In this document: piece by piece, positions 41,220 through 54,261 of the stretch | How the letters are laid out: the number at the start of each line of letters is the position of its first letter | How positions within the stretch are numbered: the first letter of the stretch is position 1 | DNA from: Nitrospirota bacterium | GTDB taxonomy: Bacteria; Nitrospirota; UBA9217 | DNA length: 64,000 bases | Reading direction: 5' to 3' | Assembly (NCBI GenBank): GCA_963740085.1 | Contig: CAVUCU010000004.1 | Coordinates: 1-64,000, forward strand | The notes under the pieces: model-generated | The model's database searches: none | Told to the model about the DNA's origin: nothing | What the model saw: the letters and a program-made list of their open reading frames with translations, nothing else | Position numbers and translations under genes: made by a program

Positions 41220-41825
41220 ATGTCATTGATCCCCATGGTAATAGAACAGACAAGCCGGGGCGAGCGGGCGTACGATATTTACTCCCGGTTGTTGAAGGAC
41301 CGGATCATCTTCCTCGGCACGCCTATCGACGACATCGTGGCGAACACCGTGATCGCGCAGCTCCTTTTCCTTGAAGCCGATGACCCGGACAAGGACATCT
41401 ATATTTACATCAATTCTCCGGGAGGCATTGTGACCGCCGGGCTTGCTATCTACGACACCATGAATTACATCAAGTCTCCGGTCTCGACCATTTGCATCGG
41501 ACAGGCCGCGAGCATGGGTGCGCTGCTTCTGGCATCGGGCGCCAAGGGCAAGAGATTCTCTTTGCCGCACGCCCGTATCATGATCCACCAGCCCATGGGC
41601 GGGTTCCAGGGACAGGCCACGGACATCGAGATCCATGCCAAGGAAATGCTCAAGATGAAGGACACGCTGAACAAGATCCTGGCGAACCATACGGGGCAGC
41701 CGATCGAGAAGATCCATGAGGATACTGACCGGGATTATTTCATGTCCGGTGAAGACGCGAAGGCATATGGTCTTGTTGATGAGGTCATTGCCAAGAAGGT
41801 GCCCGCACTGGTGAAGGAGAAGTGA
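41220..41825 (+). CDS. clpP: Clp protease proteolytic subunit
   Basis: [39 protein letters not shown]. Confidence 0.99.
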   Translation: MSLIPMVIEQTSRGERAYDIYSRLLKDRIIFLGTPIDDIVANTVIAQLLFLEADDPDKDIYIYINSPGGIVTAGLAIYDTMNYIKSPVSTICIGQAASMGALLLASGAKGKRFSLPHARIMIHQPMGGFQGQATDIEIHAKEMLKMKDTLNKILANHTGQPIEKIHEDTDRDYFMSGEDAKAYGLVDEVIAKKVPALVKEK

Positions 41826-41829
41826 CCCC

Positions 41830-43072
<1,243 letters not shown>

Positions 43073-43074
<2 letters not shown>

Positions 43075-43160
43075 TCAGAAGCAGGAGTCAGGAGCCAGTA
43101 TTCAGGAGTCAGAAGGAATATTTTTATTCTGACTCCCGGCTCCTGGCTTCTGACTCCTGA
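43073..43160. repeat. AGGAGTC-type heptamer inverted repeat (also ~45770-45865, 55625-55700)
   Basis: aggagtc aggagcc agtattc aggagtc aga ... tctgact cccggct cctggct tctgact cct. Confidence 0.75.
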
Positions 43161-43169
43161 TCTCTCATC

Positions 43170-43778
43170 ATGAAAATACTCTCAGCCGAATTCGTCATCA
43201 GCGCCGTCGGACCGAAGCAGTTCCCGCAGGACGGCAAACCCCAGATCGCCATTGCCGGCCGTTCGAATGTCGGGAAATCATCGATCATCAACTCTCTGCT
43301 TCACCGGAAGAACCTGGTCAAGACGAGCCAGACGCCCGGCAAGACCCAGCTTATCAACTTCTTCGTCATCAATGAATCCTTCTACTTTGTGGACCTGCCG
43401 GGATACGGTTATGCCCGCGTCCCCCATGCGGTGACCGATGCCTGGGCGCCGATGATCGAGGGGTATCTGAAAAACTCGCCGCGTTTGTCCGCCGTCGTCG
43501 TTCTCCTGGACTGCAGGAGAGAACTCGATGAGCGTGACGTCCAATTGATCGAATGGCTCCGGCAGTACGATATCCCGGTGATATACGCACTGACCAAGAC
43601 CGACAAGCTGAACCGGCAGGAGACCGACCGTGCCCGACGGAGCATGAGCGGGGCACTGGGGACCGCTTATGACCTGGTCCTCACCTCCGCCAAAAGCGGG
43701 CAGGGAATCAAAGAACTCTGGTCCGCAATAATAAAAAAATTAAAAGAACCGAGTGTCGGAAATCAGGGGTCAGGGTAA
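43170..43778 (+). CDS. engB: Ribosome biogenesis GTPase YihA/EngB
   Basis: AGRSNVGKSS, TPGKTQLINFF, VDLPGYGYA, TKTDKL. Confidence 0.97.
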   Translation: MKILSAEFVISAVGPKQFPQDGKPQIAIAGRSNVGKSSIINSLLHRKNLVKTSQTPGKTQLINFFVINESFYFVDLPGYGYARVPHAVTDAWAPMIEGYLKNSPRLSAVVVLLDCRRELDERDVQLIEWLRQYDIPVIYALTKTDKLNRQETDRARRSMSGALGTAYDLVLTSAKSGQGIKELWSAIIKKLKEPSVGNQGSG

Positions 43779-44201
43779 CACTATCGATCGTCTTTTTTCT
43801 TATTTTCTGATTTCGATTTCGGTTCCTGACTTCCCGGCTTTCAGCCCCTCCCCATTTCATTTGTGAATCCCCACAGCGTAAAACCCTCCTTTGTCATTTT
43901 CGAAAATACCTGGTATTGCCTTAGATGCCACCATTGCCAATTGGCCGAGACCCCGCCAGTGTGGGGGTATCCCTGGATTTGTTAAGCAGAACCCAAATAG
44001 AGTATAAGCCTTATAACGCACTAAGGGTGCAAAGTCCTCGTTGAAAAATGTAGTTTTCAAATGCCGCTCTTGCGGTGACTTTCAGAAAGAAGTCCAGAAT
44101 ATACCATAAAATAACACGTACACGCAGAACTTTTCTGTATTGAGGCCGATGATTATATGGTCTTGTCATAGACTCTTAGGAGGGCACGGCCGTCCAATAA
44201 C

Positions 44202-45383
44202 TTATCCAAGGGTGAGATATCCCTCCGGGGCAAGACTGGTTGCCAGCATCACCATGTTGATATCGCGATGCTCCCTCCAGCTGCCGGCCTGTCTGTTTGC
44301 AGGTTCAAGCCAAAAAGTCTCAATAACCTCACCAAGCGGTGTATATCGCATCAAGTGTTCGGTTTGCGAATGCAGGCGGCGCTTCATCTTGAAATCGCGA
44401 GGAGTTCGCCTGATCAGGCCCTGCAGCTTCTCAATTGAATGTAATCCTATCGCCAAACCAAGTTCCCGAAATGCAAGCCGCTCGGTGGCAGGAAGCATCA
44501 GGGGATTCTTTCCCCTTGTGTAGGCTTGCAAGCCGATCAGTGAAGAATCCAGGAGAACATCCAGAAGGGCGGCTTGATCAAACCCTTCGATTATGATCAA
44601 TTGAGCCAATTTGCATGCAGTGCCCAAGAGTTCGCCGATTCCAAGGGGGTCATCGGTTACCCAACTTTTCCCTTCACCTATGCCGGCCATGTCTTTAATC
44701 TCTGCGCTGAGGTCGAATTCCGCGGTTTTATTGGGGACTTTTACTGCAGTAGACTGGAGCTGGAGACAGGTGATGAAGCCATCAAGAGGATCGTGCTGCC
44801 CCATCGAGGCTACAAGCGGATGCGAGAGGTCAATGCTCATTTTCCAGTACATGCGTTTCCGGTCGCCGGACGAAGGTACATAGACGAATTTGTCGTGCGC
44901 GGTTTTCGCAAGTTCGATCGCCCATTTGTTGTAGATCGGATCTCCCGTGACCCGGCTTGATCTATTGAGAGCGTGCATCCACTTCGTCAGGTAATGATAA
45001 TATTGTCCGTCTCGATCCCATTCCAACTGTTCATCATAGGGATCACCGGGACCGCGCTCGTTCATCCCCTTGCCGATCCGTAACCCTCCGCGTGTAGGGT
45101 GCGATCTGCCTTCCTGTTCAGAGAGACCGCTTATCCAGCCGGTTCTTGGATCATCTTCACGGTGTCGTCCGAGTATGAAATGAACCTGATCGACGAGGTG
45201 CAACGCGAGCTTTTTGAATTGTTCATCACGTGTCCGAAGATAAAGTCCCAGGAAGTTGCAAACGGCAAACGCGTCTGTCCACAAGTATCGCCGTGGCGTG
45301 GTACTGTCCGATAGCAGCCCGGTTAGATTGGCAAACTCGCTCATGAGATTCAAGGCTATAGAACTGGAGGCGTTTTGCTCCAT
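44202..45383 (-). CDS. Conserved hypothetical protein (possible alpha/alpha-toroid sugar-enzyme fold)
   Basis: ~393-aa ORF with RRYLWTDAFAVCNFL, GGLRIGK, DGQYYHYLTKWMHAL, RMYWKMSIDLS, LAFRELGLAIGL, HRDINMVMLATSL. Confidence 0.7.
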   Translation of the reverse strand: MEQNASSSIALNLMSEFANLTGLLSDSTTPRRYLWTDAFAVCNFLGLYLRTRDEQFKKLALHLVDQVHFILGRHREDDPRTGWISGLSEQEGRSHPTRGGLRIGKGMNERGPGDPYDEQLEWDRDGQYYHYLTKWMHALNRSSRVTGDPIYNKWAIELAKTAHDKFVYVPSSGDRKRMYWKMSIDLSHPLVASMGQHDPLDGFITCLQLQSTAVKVPNKTAEFDLSAEIKDMAGIGEGKSWVTDDPLGIGELLGTACKLAQLIIIEGFDQAALLDVLLDSSLIGLQAYTRGKNPLMLPATERLAFRELGLAIGLHSIEKLQGLIRRTPRDFKMKRRLHSQTEHLMRYTPLGEVIETFWLEPANRQAGSWREHRDINMVMLATSLAPEGYLTLG

Positions 45384-45460
45384 GTTTCCCCTAACGCTCT
45401 TCATGATTATGATTATATCACTTGTTCCAGAGATTGATTTTTACGAGCGGCAGGGTACGG

Positions 45461-45765
45461 GGGATACGGGCGCCGATGATCGAGGGGTATCTGAAAAACT
45501 CGCCGCATTTGTCCACCGTCGTCGTTCTCCTGGACTGCAGGAGAGAACTCGATGAGCGTGACGTCCAATTGATCGAATGGCTCCGGCAGTACGATATCCC
45601 GGAGATCTATGCACTGACCAGGAACGACAAGCTTAATCGGCAGGAGACCGAGCGAGCCCGACGGAGTACCAGCGCAGGGCTGGGAATCTCTGACGAACTG
45701 GTGCTGACCTCGGCAAAGAGTGTGCTGGGGATCAAGGAACTATGGGGGGTAATAATAAAAACAAT
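45461..45765 (+). pseudogene. Duplicated 3' half of engB
   Basis: 45468-45602 matches 43444-43578 with two mismatches seen, then diverges but stays homologous to the C-terminus; no GTPase N-terminus. Confidence 0.85.
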
Positions 45766-46073
45766 TGAAGGAGCCAGGAGTCAGAATTCAGGAGTCAGGA
45801 GAATAATTGTAATAGATTTTTTATCTTTGCTGCTGCTTTCCGTCTTTTATTTCCTGACTTCTGACGCCCCCTTTTTTAAAGGGGCTTTCATGGAAATTTT
45901 GTCGACCTCACCGGTTCGCTGTTCTGGGCTACTGCGTTCAGTCTTATCTTCTTTGCATCGATCGGCACGACTTTCGGCTTTCTCGCTGAAAATCAGATAG
46001 TTGTAACCGATCGGGTCCGGACCTAACCTCTGTATGTTATTCCATATTTTAATTTGCTTCAATTCCATTTTCA

Positions 46074-46102
46074 TTGACAAGCGAAATGTCCTCTGATATA
46101 CT
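46074..46102 (+). promoter_or_regulatory. Sigma70 promoter of the cytochrome gene (long leader)
   Basis: TTGACA-17-TATACT with an extended -10 TG. Confidence 0.6.
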
Positions 46103-46369
46103 CTTGCTGTTTCTTCTTTCATTAAGGCGATGAAGAATGCCTGACCGCATATTTTCATTCACTTTTTCACTATCGCGAGTATACTATAGACCACCCGTTT
46201 TATGCATTTCGGACATCGTACGACAGCCTCAGAAACAGTGTGTTAATGGAATGCAGTTTGATGAATGAAAGGAGGTGGCATCAACAACATTCCCGCTAAA
46301 TTTTTTTTTAGATAGTTTGCGACAGGCTCTAGGCGTGAGAAAAAAAAATTACAGGAGGTAACAAAGGTT

Positions 46370-48933
46370 ATGAAGATTTATAAGCACAAATATGTTTTTT
46401 TGGTATTAGCTTTACTATTCATCCTGCCGTTGATGTTCGTTGGATGTTCGGGCAGTGATGGATCGGACGGCGCGAACGGCGCGGACGGCACGAACGGTAC
46501 GAACGGTACGAATGGCACGACAGCAAAAGCCAATGAACAGTGCCTTCTCTGTCACGGCGCCGGTGGCATAGCGGCCATCGCAGTTATGCACACGGTTTCA
46601 CCGCTTTCCTCCACCACAGCACCGCTTACCGTGGATGGTGCAAATGTGGATATCAACGAGCAGAGTGCCGCACAGCTGGCCGGGCTTACCATGGTAGGCA
46701 CGATTGATCTCGTCACAATCGCGACCGTAACTCCGGTTGTCAATTTCACGGTGAAAGATTCCGCAGGCCACGGTATAATCGGCCTCAATAACACTCAGTT
46801 TGCATATGCAATAGCCAGACTTATGCCGGCTACTGCCACGAATAAGGAGTATTGGGAATCCTACATGGTGACCTCCGCCACCTCACGCCCCGGCACCGAT
46901 TCCGAAGTTGCCAATAATGCGGGTCTGGTGGATCACCTCGACGGCACCTATACCTATACCTTCAACAAAGACCTCACTACCGTCCCCGGTATTGCCAGCT
47001 ATGCGACGACTTCGAACCTGACGCACCGCATAGTGGTCCAGATTTCAGGTACCGTTAATGGAGGCTCGCTCAATGACAGGGCGATAGACATTGTTCAGGA
47101 CTTCGTGCCGACAGGCTTGTCCGTTGATTGGGCCACAGCGAAGGCCGCAGCGACGTTGCATAACATCGTTACGGCGGATGCCTGTAATACATGCCACTAT
47201 AAGATCGGTACTACCACCCCGCACGGTGGTCGTGTTGACTCGCAATACTGCGTGGTATGCCATACGTATCAGCGTGCTAACGGTCGTTCCGCATCGGCCC
47301 CGGATTCTACCGGTGCAATGACCGGCAGCACCTACCTCGTCACCGGCCAGGTGGACGTTGGTAGTGAAACGACATCGACCGCTGGAGGCTTTGCGACCGG
47401 CGAATTCGTCTCCATGGTCCATAAGCTCCACATGGGCGAGGGCCAAAATACGCATGGGACCGTGCAGGGACTGAAACTTACCGGTTGGAACTATGGCGGC
47501 GTCCTGTTCAACGAAGTCACCTATCCCCAGGATGCTCGCAATTGCAAAAAGTGCCATAATGGTACCCAGGGCGATAACTGGATGAACACTCCCAGCCGGA
47601 AGGCTTGCGGTTCCTGCCATGACAACGTAAGCTTTGCAGCGTCTGTTCCGGTAGGGTTCGTTGCCCATTCAGGTGGGGCCTATGCCAATGATTCAGGCTG
47701 CGGTGTCTGTCATCCTGCCACCGGCGGTCTGGCGGGTATTGCCGACAAACACGTTCCTGTCATTTCGCCCGATCCGGCCGACCCGCGGCTCGGCGGCACC
47801 AACAGCCATACCAACGGGTCGTATGTTGCGGCGACAGGCGCACTTCCGACCGGAGCCGCTGGAATCACGTACGTTATCAGCAGCGTGACCAAGACGGCCA
47901 ATCATCCGTCCATCACATTCGCGCTCAAGAGTAGCTTGAGCGGCACGATGGTATTCTCTACCCCGACCTCGACGACCAGCGAACTGATGCCCAACTTCGC
48001 GGATCTCCGAGCGTATACTTTGTATGGGCAGAGCCCCAGGACGGCATCACCGCACCTTCTGATTTCAACAAGTCCGCCAGCGCCTACATCAAGGATGTCT
48101 GGAACGGTGCCGTGACTACCTCCACCATGACCGGCCCCGACGGCAGCGGCTTCTACACTCTCACCATGACCGGCACGACCATCCCCTCTACTGCGGTGAT
48201 GCTCACCGGAGGAGTCGGCTATACCTACGGCTCAGGGTCGCCCGAACTCGTCCAGACGAACCTGTCAGCCTATCCGTACACTGCGGCAACCAAAGTAGGC
48301 GGTCTTGCTGTTCCTCCGCCAAACGTATGGAAGGTTGCAGCAACCTACACCGGCCGCCGTGTTGCCGTGGACACTGCAAAGTGTAACGCGTGCCACGGTG
48401 CACTCGGGGTAGCTCCCACGTTCCATGACGGACAGCGAAACAATGCACCGACCTGCTCGTTCTGTCACAATCCGAACAGAACAAGCAGTGGCTGGTCCGC
48501 GAACGCCAGCACCTTTGTTCACGCAATCCACGGAGCAAGCAAGCGGACAGTCCCGTTCGTGTGGCATGCAACCAGCGAGACGGATAACTTCGGGAAAATT
48601 ACCTACCCGAACCTGCTGAACAACTGCTTGGCCTGCCACGTGGCTGGTTACTACGATTTCTCAGCTGCGACCTCCCTGGCTCAGGAGCCGAATCGCCTGT
48701 TCGAGACCGTCGCAACCGGTACACTCGCTTCGAGCTCAACTGGCTCGTTCGCGTATTCGCCCTATATCACGCAGGATGTGGATTACGGCAGCGCGGGCTC
48801 GGCTAACAACCTGGTGACGTCACCAACCGCCGCCGTGTGTTTCGCCTGCCACGACACCAGCGCGGCAAGGTCTCACATGGAGATAAATGGCGCGGCGATC
48901 TACCAGACGCGGAGCACTGCGATCCAGCCGTAA
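46370..48933 (+). CDS. OmcA/MtrC-family multiheme outer-surface lipoprotein cytochrome (1-nt frameshift near 48000)
   Basis: Lipobox FVGC, Gly-X-X repeat, DGTYTYTF; 10 CxxCH (CLLCH, CNTCH, CVVCH, CKKCH, CGSCH, CGVCH, CNACH, CSFCH, CLACH, CFACH); MVHKLHMG, YPQDARNC, PSRKACGSCH, ARSHMEING. Confidence 0.9.
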
Positions 48934-48990
48934 GAACAGGCGGTGTATGACTGACAACGTGCTGATTCATTAGCGCATGAAAAATCATCA

Positions 48991-49030
48991 AGGCGGACTC
49001 TTCGGAGTCCGCCTCTTTTTCCTTTTTTTC
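48991..49030 (+). terminator. Rho-independent terminator
   Basis: aggcggactc-ttcg-gagtccgcct followed by a T-rich tract. Confidence 0.85.
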
Positions 49031-49205
49031 GTCCGGAATTACATAATTGCGGCTCAAAGAAATAGCATTTGACAAACAATATTCTCTCGTGTAAAGTAAA
49101 AAAAATCGTGCGGAAAGTTTAGTTCATGCTCGCGAAAATGACTTTCCGGAGGAACGGTCGAATCGCAGGTGTTCAGTAAATCGGAGTACAAGGAGGCAGA
49201 AGCAG

Positions 49206-49557
49206 ATGAGAGTCAGGGTGGCAGTTTATCTTTATTATTCATAGTGACGGCTTTAATAGTCAGCACAGCCGGTTGTTCCAAATTCTCGCAACCTTCGGAT
49301 GCTCAAATTCTCAAGGCAATAGAGATTCCGGGGTTTTGAAGGGTAAATCATTTACGATAACATCGCCCTTGGTAATCATGGAACGGGGAAAGCAAAATAA
49401 AGATGGTTCCTGGACGGTAAGAGTAAGATAACCCTTACGATGCAGCTGCCGGACGGGAAAACACTCTGAGCCGAAAGAAAATAATACCTATTTCAGAATA
49501 TTTAAAGGAAAAGACAGTTCTGGTCATAGCGTCTGGAAGGCGATTCTCGGCTCGTGA
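49206..49557 (+). CDS. Small lipoprotein, several frameshifts; absent from the ORF track
   Basis: AAGGAGG RBS; IVTALIVSTAGC lipobox; SQPSDAQILKAI..SPLVIMERGKQNKDGSWTVRV..YFRIFKGKDSSGHSVWKAILGS*. Confidence 0.5.
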
Positions 49558-49724
49558 TCGTTCCAGGATTTACGAAAAAAGAGGGGTAACATGCTCCGCT
49601 CAGAGCCGGCACTACTCCTTTTTCCTAGGATAGCTGATGGACAATGTTTAGGAGTTCCAAGAAAGGAGGAATCATTTTGAGAATTGAGTGGACGATACTA
49701 AGATATGTGAGCGGACCAAGAGTT

Positions 49725-50979
49725 ATGCGAGCAGCAGTAGTCGGGTTTACCCTGCTTCTGTTGTCTCTGCCATCCCTGTCCCCGGCAGTCAACCTGTCGG
49801 GCGATTCCAATACCTATGTGCAATCCCGAGAGGATGCAGACAAGCAGAAGATCCTCGGTACTTACGAATATCTCAATTTTTCCGTTCATGATCCCGGAAA
49901 AGAGGTGTCGTTTCATTTCGGCGGTTGGCTCCGGTATGACCTGAAAACCGAAGAGTTCGGCAACAAATCGAACAGCGACCTTCAATACGGCTATCTCAGT
50001 TATAAAAGTGCGAGCAACAATGCCGTCGTTAATCTCGGCCGCGTCATGGTATTTGAAGGCGTAGCAGCGGAGAGAGTAGATGGCATGTACGCAAGAACCA
50101 ACCTAGCCAAGGGTTTCGGCGTATCGGCTTTCGGCGGAAACCCGGTAGAGACGGAAATTGACCTTCCGGGGAACAATGTCATCTACGGAGGCCGGCTGTC
50201 ACATCAGATACCCGGCCTGTACCGGATCGGAGTCTCTGCGCTAAAGGAAGAAAAGAACAGCGAAGACTTCCGCAAGGAAGAAGGCATCGATCTGTGGTTC
50301 CGGCCGATCAACAAAGTCGAGCTTATGGGCAATTCCAAGTATAATGAGATAACAAAAGACTGGGCGAACCATTCCTATTTCCTTGTGCTCGGTCCCTTTG
50401 CCAGGGTACGGTTCAACACTGAGGCATCCGTAATCAATTACAAGGACTACTTCACCGGCGCGACGTCCTCCGCCTTTAGTTTTCAGCCATCCGTCCTCAC
50501 CAGGACAAAAGGTCAGAATACTGGGAGAGCATATCGCTTTTGGTTTGACTGACAACCTGAATATCTCGTTGGACTACAAGGGGTACTCCTACAGCATCGC
50601 AGGTGACGCAAAATACTACGGCGGTAACATCAGGTATAGCGTGGTAAAGGCCGGGGGTGCAGGGCTGTCGTTGCACAAGATGGACGGCGATGACAACCGT
50701 CTGAAGTATGATGGTTCCCGGGCCTACCTATTTGGAAAGTTCGGCAAGGCTGATGTCACCCTGGACGCGCTTGACGTCAAATATAAGGAAGCCATCAACG
50801 GCGTCAAGGATGCATATTCTGTGTCGCTCGCTGCGGCCTTCGAACTGGCTGAAAAGCTGAAGGATGGTTTCGATGTCGAATATTCGAAAAATCCGGATTT
50901 CGAAAAGGATATACGGACATTCTTTAAATTGATCTACAGTTTTGATATTGGCTACGGCAAGCGGAAGGAGGGGGTGTAA
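49725..50979 (+). CDS. Outer-membrane beta-barrel of a porin-cytochrome conduit, ExtB-like (frameshift near 50505)
   Basis: Signal peptide, YEYLNF, FHFGGWLRYDL, DLQYGYLSY, NLGRVMVFEGVAAERVDG, VEYSKNPDF.KDIRTFFKLIYSFD. Confidence 0.78.
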
Positions 50980-50980
50980 C

Positions 50981-51423
50981 ATGAAGATGAAGCGGTAAAG
51001 ATAGTCTTTCTGCTGCTCCTGCCGGTATTGGCCGGAATGCTGTTCGCCTGCGCGAAAACGGCGAGCATGGCGGCATGGCATCCGGTGGAGGTATCCTATC
51101 CTCCGATGTGCAGCGACTGCCACACTGACGACAGGGCAGCGATGAATCACACGAGCGATTTTAGCACGAGGCACAAGTTCTATGCGAGCCAGAACGAACG
51201 GACCTGCAGCGTCTGCCATAAAGAGGCATTCTGCTCCGATTGTCACGCGCATGTGGAGGAACTGAAGCCGAGCGACAACTACAAAGATTCCCCTGAACTT
51301 GCGCTCCCCCACCGGGGGGATTATCTGAACCAGCACAAGATCGACGGCAGGATCAACCCTTCATTATGCTTTCCGTGCCATGGCCGTCAGAATAATGAGA
51401 GGTGCAAAGCATGTCACCGGTAA
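50981..51423 (+). CDS. Pentaheme lipoprotein cytochrome, ExtC-like (indel in the signal peptide)
   Basis: Lipobox LFAC; CSDCH, CSVCH, CSDCH, CFPCH, CKACH; ELKPS..PHRGDYL..HKIDGRINP. Confidence 0.85.
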
Positions 51424-52238
51424 ATAAAATGATGATGCTCGGCGTGCTCATCCTCGCGGGAATGCTGGTTCTGGGAGGGTGCGGCAGTTCGACCGCGAAT
51501 TCCGAGACACCGTTCAACTCGACCGCGGGGCATCCGTCAGGGTGGCTTCCGGCGGGACACGCGCAGCCAGCACAGGCTGCTCCGGATTCTTGTTTCGAAT
51601 GTCATGGGAGCGATTTGTCGGGAGGCATTTCAAAGGTATCTTGTACTCCCTGCCATTTGAATGGATCGCCTTTCGTATTGACGAATTGTACGTCCTGTCA
51701 CGGGAATCCGCCAACAGGCACAGTCGCACCAAATCAGGTCGGAACGCATGCGGTTCACAATGCGCTGCCCAATGTTGCAAATGTTTGTAATTCCTGTCAC
51801 AACGGCGCAGGGTCCGGTACGCTGAAGCACGATAACAGTGCAGTGGATGTGATGTTCTTGAGCTCCTACAATGCAAAAAGCGGAACCGCTTCCTATGACT
51901 CAGCAAGCAGCACCTGTTCCAAGGTCAGCTGCCACGGGGGGCAGACGACACCTGGTTGGCTGTCGGGAGCGACGATTGACGTAACGCAATGCACAGGTTG
52001 CCACGCTTACGGTACTGCCGAATATAACAGCTTCGTCTCCGGTCAGCACGATTTCCACGTGAATACGGAGCATTTCCCCTGCGATCGGTGTCATGACACG
52101 TTGAAGCTTCCCCTCAACCATTTTACCTCATTGAATACCTCGGTGATGGAAGGTCCTGAATCGGCCACGATCAATAGTAATGTGAACTACAACGGCACTT
52201 CATGCGCGCCGATCTGCCATGGAACTCGAAACTGGTAG
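51411..52238 (+). CDS. Multiheme lipoprotein cytochrome with CxxCH/CxxxxCH motifs, ExtD-like N-terminus
   Basis: Lipobox LGGC; GHPSGW..H; six CxxCH plus CSKVSCH and CAPICH. Confidence 0.85.
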   Translation: MSPVNKMMMLGVLILAGMLVLGGCGSSTANSETPFNSTAGHPSGWLPAGHAQPAQAAPDSCFECHGSDLSGGISKVSCTPCHLNGSPFVLTNCTSCHGNPPTGTVAPNQVGTHAVHNALPNVANVCNSCHNGAGSGTLKHDNSAVDVMFLSSYNAKSGTASYDSASSTCSKVSCHGGQTTPGWLSGATIDVTQCTGCHAYGTAEYNSFVSGQHDFHVNTEHFPCDRCHDTLKLPLNHFTSLNTSVMEGPESATINSNVNYNGTSCAPICHGTRNW

Positions 52239-52280
52239 CAGTCACGAAATGACGATGTGAACGTATAGTAACAGAAAGTG

Positions 52281-52310
52281 AAGGCCCGGACGAAAATCCG
52301 GGCCTTTTTA
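52281..52310 (+). terminator. Rho-independent terminator
   Basis: aaggcccgga-cgaaaa-tccgggcctt-ttt. Confidence 0.85.
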
Positions 52311-52459
52311 ATTTACCAGCTCAGTTCCTGCGCAGGCGAGGAAGATGATAAAAAAGCTATACTGTGGTTTCTTAGTAAAGATAAGCTTCTCTCCTGCAAT
52401 GAGACCACTGCTTCGGTGACCATCGTAAAAAAGGGGCAAACCATTGGGGAAGAGGTTAC

Positions 52460-52570
52460 AAATACCAGGTGGCGAACCCCGGAGAAAGGTCGTATACGGA
52501 CAGCTTCGGAAGGAGATTGGCCCGACCCTGCGGCGGCTGCATGAATTCAAAGCGGTGAAACTTCTACGGA
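52460..52570 (+). pseudogene. IS200/IS605 TnpA N-terminal remnant
   Basis: KYQV../RRKVVYGQLRKEIGPTLRRLHEFKAVKLL parallels KYHIVF.PKYRRKV.YG.LR..IG.ILR.LC..K.V.I. Confidence 0.6.
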
Positions 52571-52582
52571 CACGACTTGCCC

Positions 52583-53050
52583 TCACTCCTCTTCTAGTTG
52601 TCGAAGGGGGGACCTACCGCGAGGTCGCACGGCAGAGTTCGGTTGTTCTGCGCCGTTGCCACGTATTGCTGCGCCCGGCGCATAGGGATCTACCGGCGGC
52701 GTATTGGGTCTGACGGATGATGCGACGTTCCTGGTTTCGTGGGCGATATACATTTCATAGGGTGATCCGTCGGCACCTTTCAGCGATATGCTGTCCTGTC
52801 GCACTTCAACGATCCGCGACCCGTCCGGGAGAATATCGTTTGGTCGGAAAAAAGACTGCTCGCCCTTCGTAACCATAAGTACTGCGCCGGTAAAAGTAGG
52901 GCTTTGTATCGTTCCTATGAGGCGATATTCCTGCACCGAGGCTGGTTGCGCTTCTGTTCTGTCGGCTGAGAACAATGTCGTGGAAAAGAAGACAAACAGC
53001 ATGAAAGAAAAAGTACAGACCGTTTTTCTTATTAATGATCTCTTTCTCAT
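52583..53050 (-). CDS. GspC/PilP-like small secretion-system domain protein
   Basis: Signal/TM segment, YRLIGTI....TGAVL...GEQSFFR..D.LPDGSRIVEV..DSISL. Confidence 0.55.
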   Translation of the reverse strand: MRKRSLIRKTVCTFSFMLFVFFSTTLFSADRTEAQPASVQEYRLIGTIQSPTFTGAVLMVTKGEQSFFRPNDILPDGSRIVEVRQDSISLKGADGSPYEMYIAHETRNVASSVRPNTPPVDPYAPGAAIRGNGAEQPNSAVRPRGRSPLRQLEEE

Positions 53051-53256
53051 ACGCGACAAACGTACCTTGGTAAGGATACCTCGTGGCATCGGCCGATGTC
53101 AATAATCGTCAATGCAGTGATTCGGCTCTTAGCGTCGTTTAAATGGAACGCCACGAACGGGCGACGGAGATCCATCTTCATGATCATCCCATTCACTCAG
53201 CATACTGTGCAGATTTCGTCTTCTCTTGGCAGTAGGGCGGGTCATTCCACAACGAG

Positions 53257-54150
<894 letters not shown>

Positions 54151-54261
54151 TCATAAGCACAATTTACTGCACATGCAAGAGCACCGAAGACTCTAAGTCA
54201 ATATTTGAATGCAACAAGACAATCGTTGAGCGATTTCGATATTCATATTCGTGCTTGTTCG

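Noticed and set aside
43857-44060. 67-aa ORF inside the engB insert
   Set aside because: TTG start, no RBS, no recognisable motif
46100-46369. c-di-GMP riboswitch in the cytochrome leader
   Set aside because: No GEMM core (GGCAAAC..GAAA..GACGCAAA) visible
46451-46520. 9-bp tandem repeats (acgaacggt)
   Set aside because: Encode the Gly-X-X linker (GANGADGTNGTNGTNG) of the cytochrome
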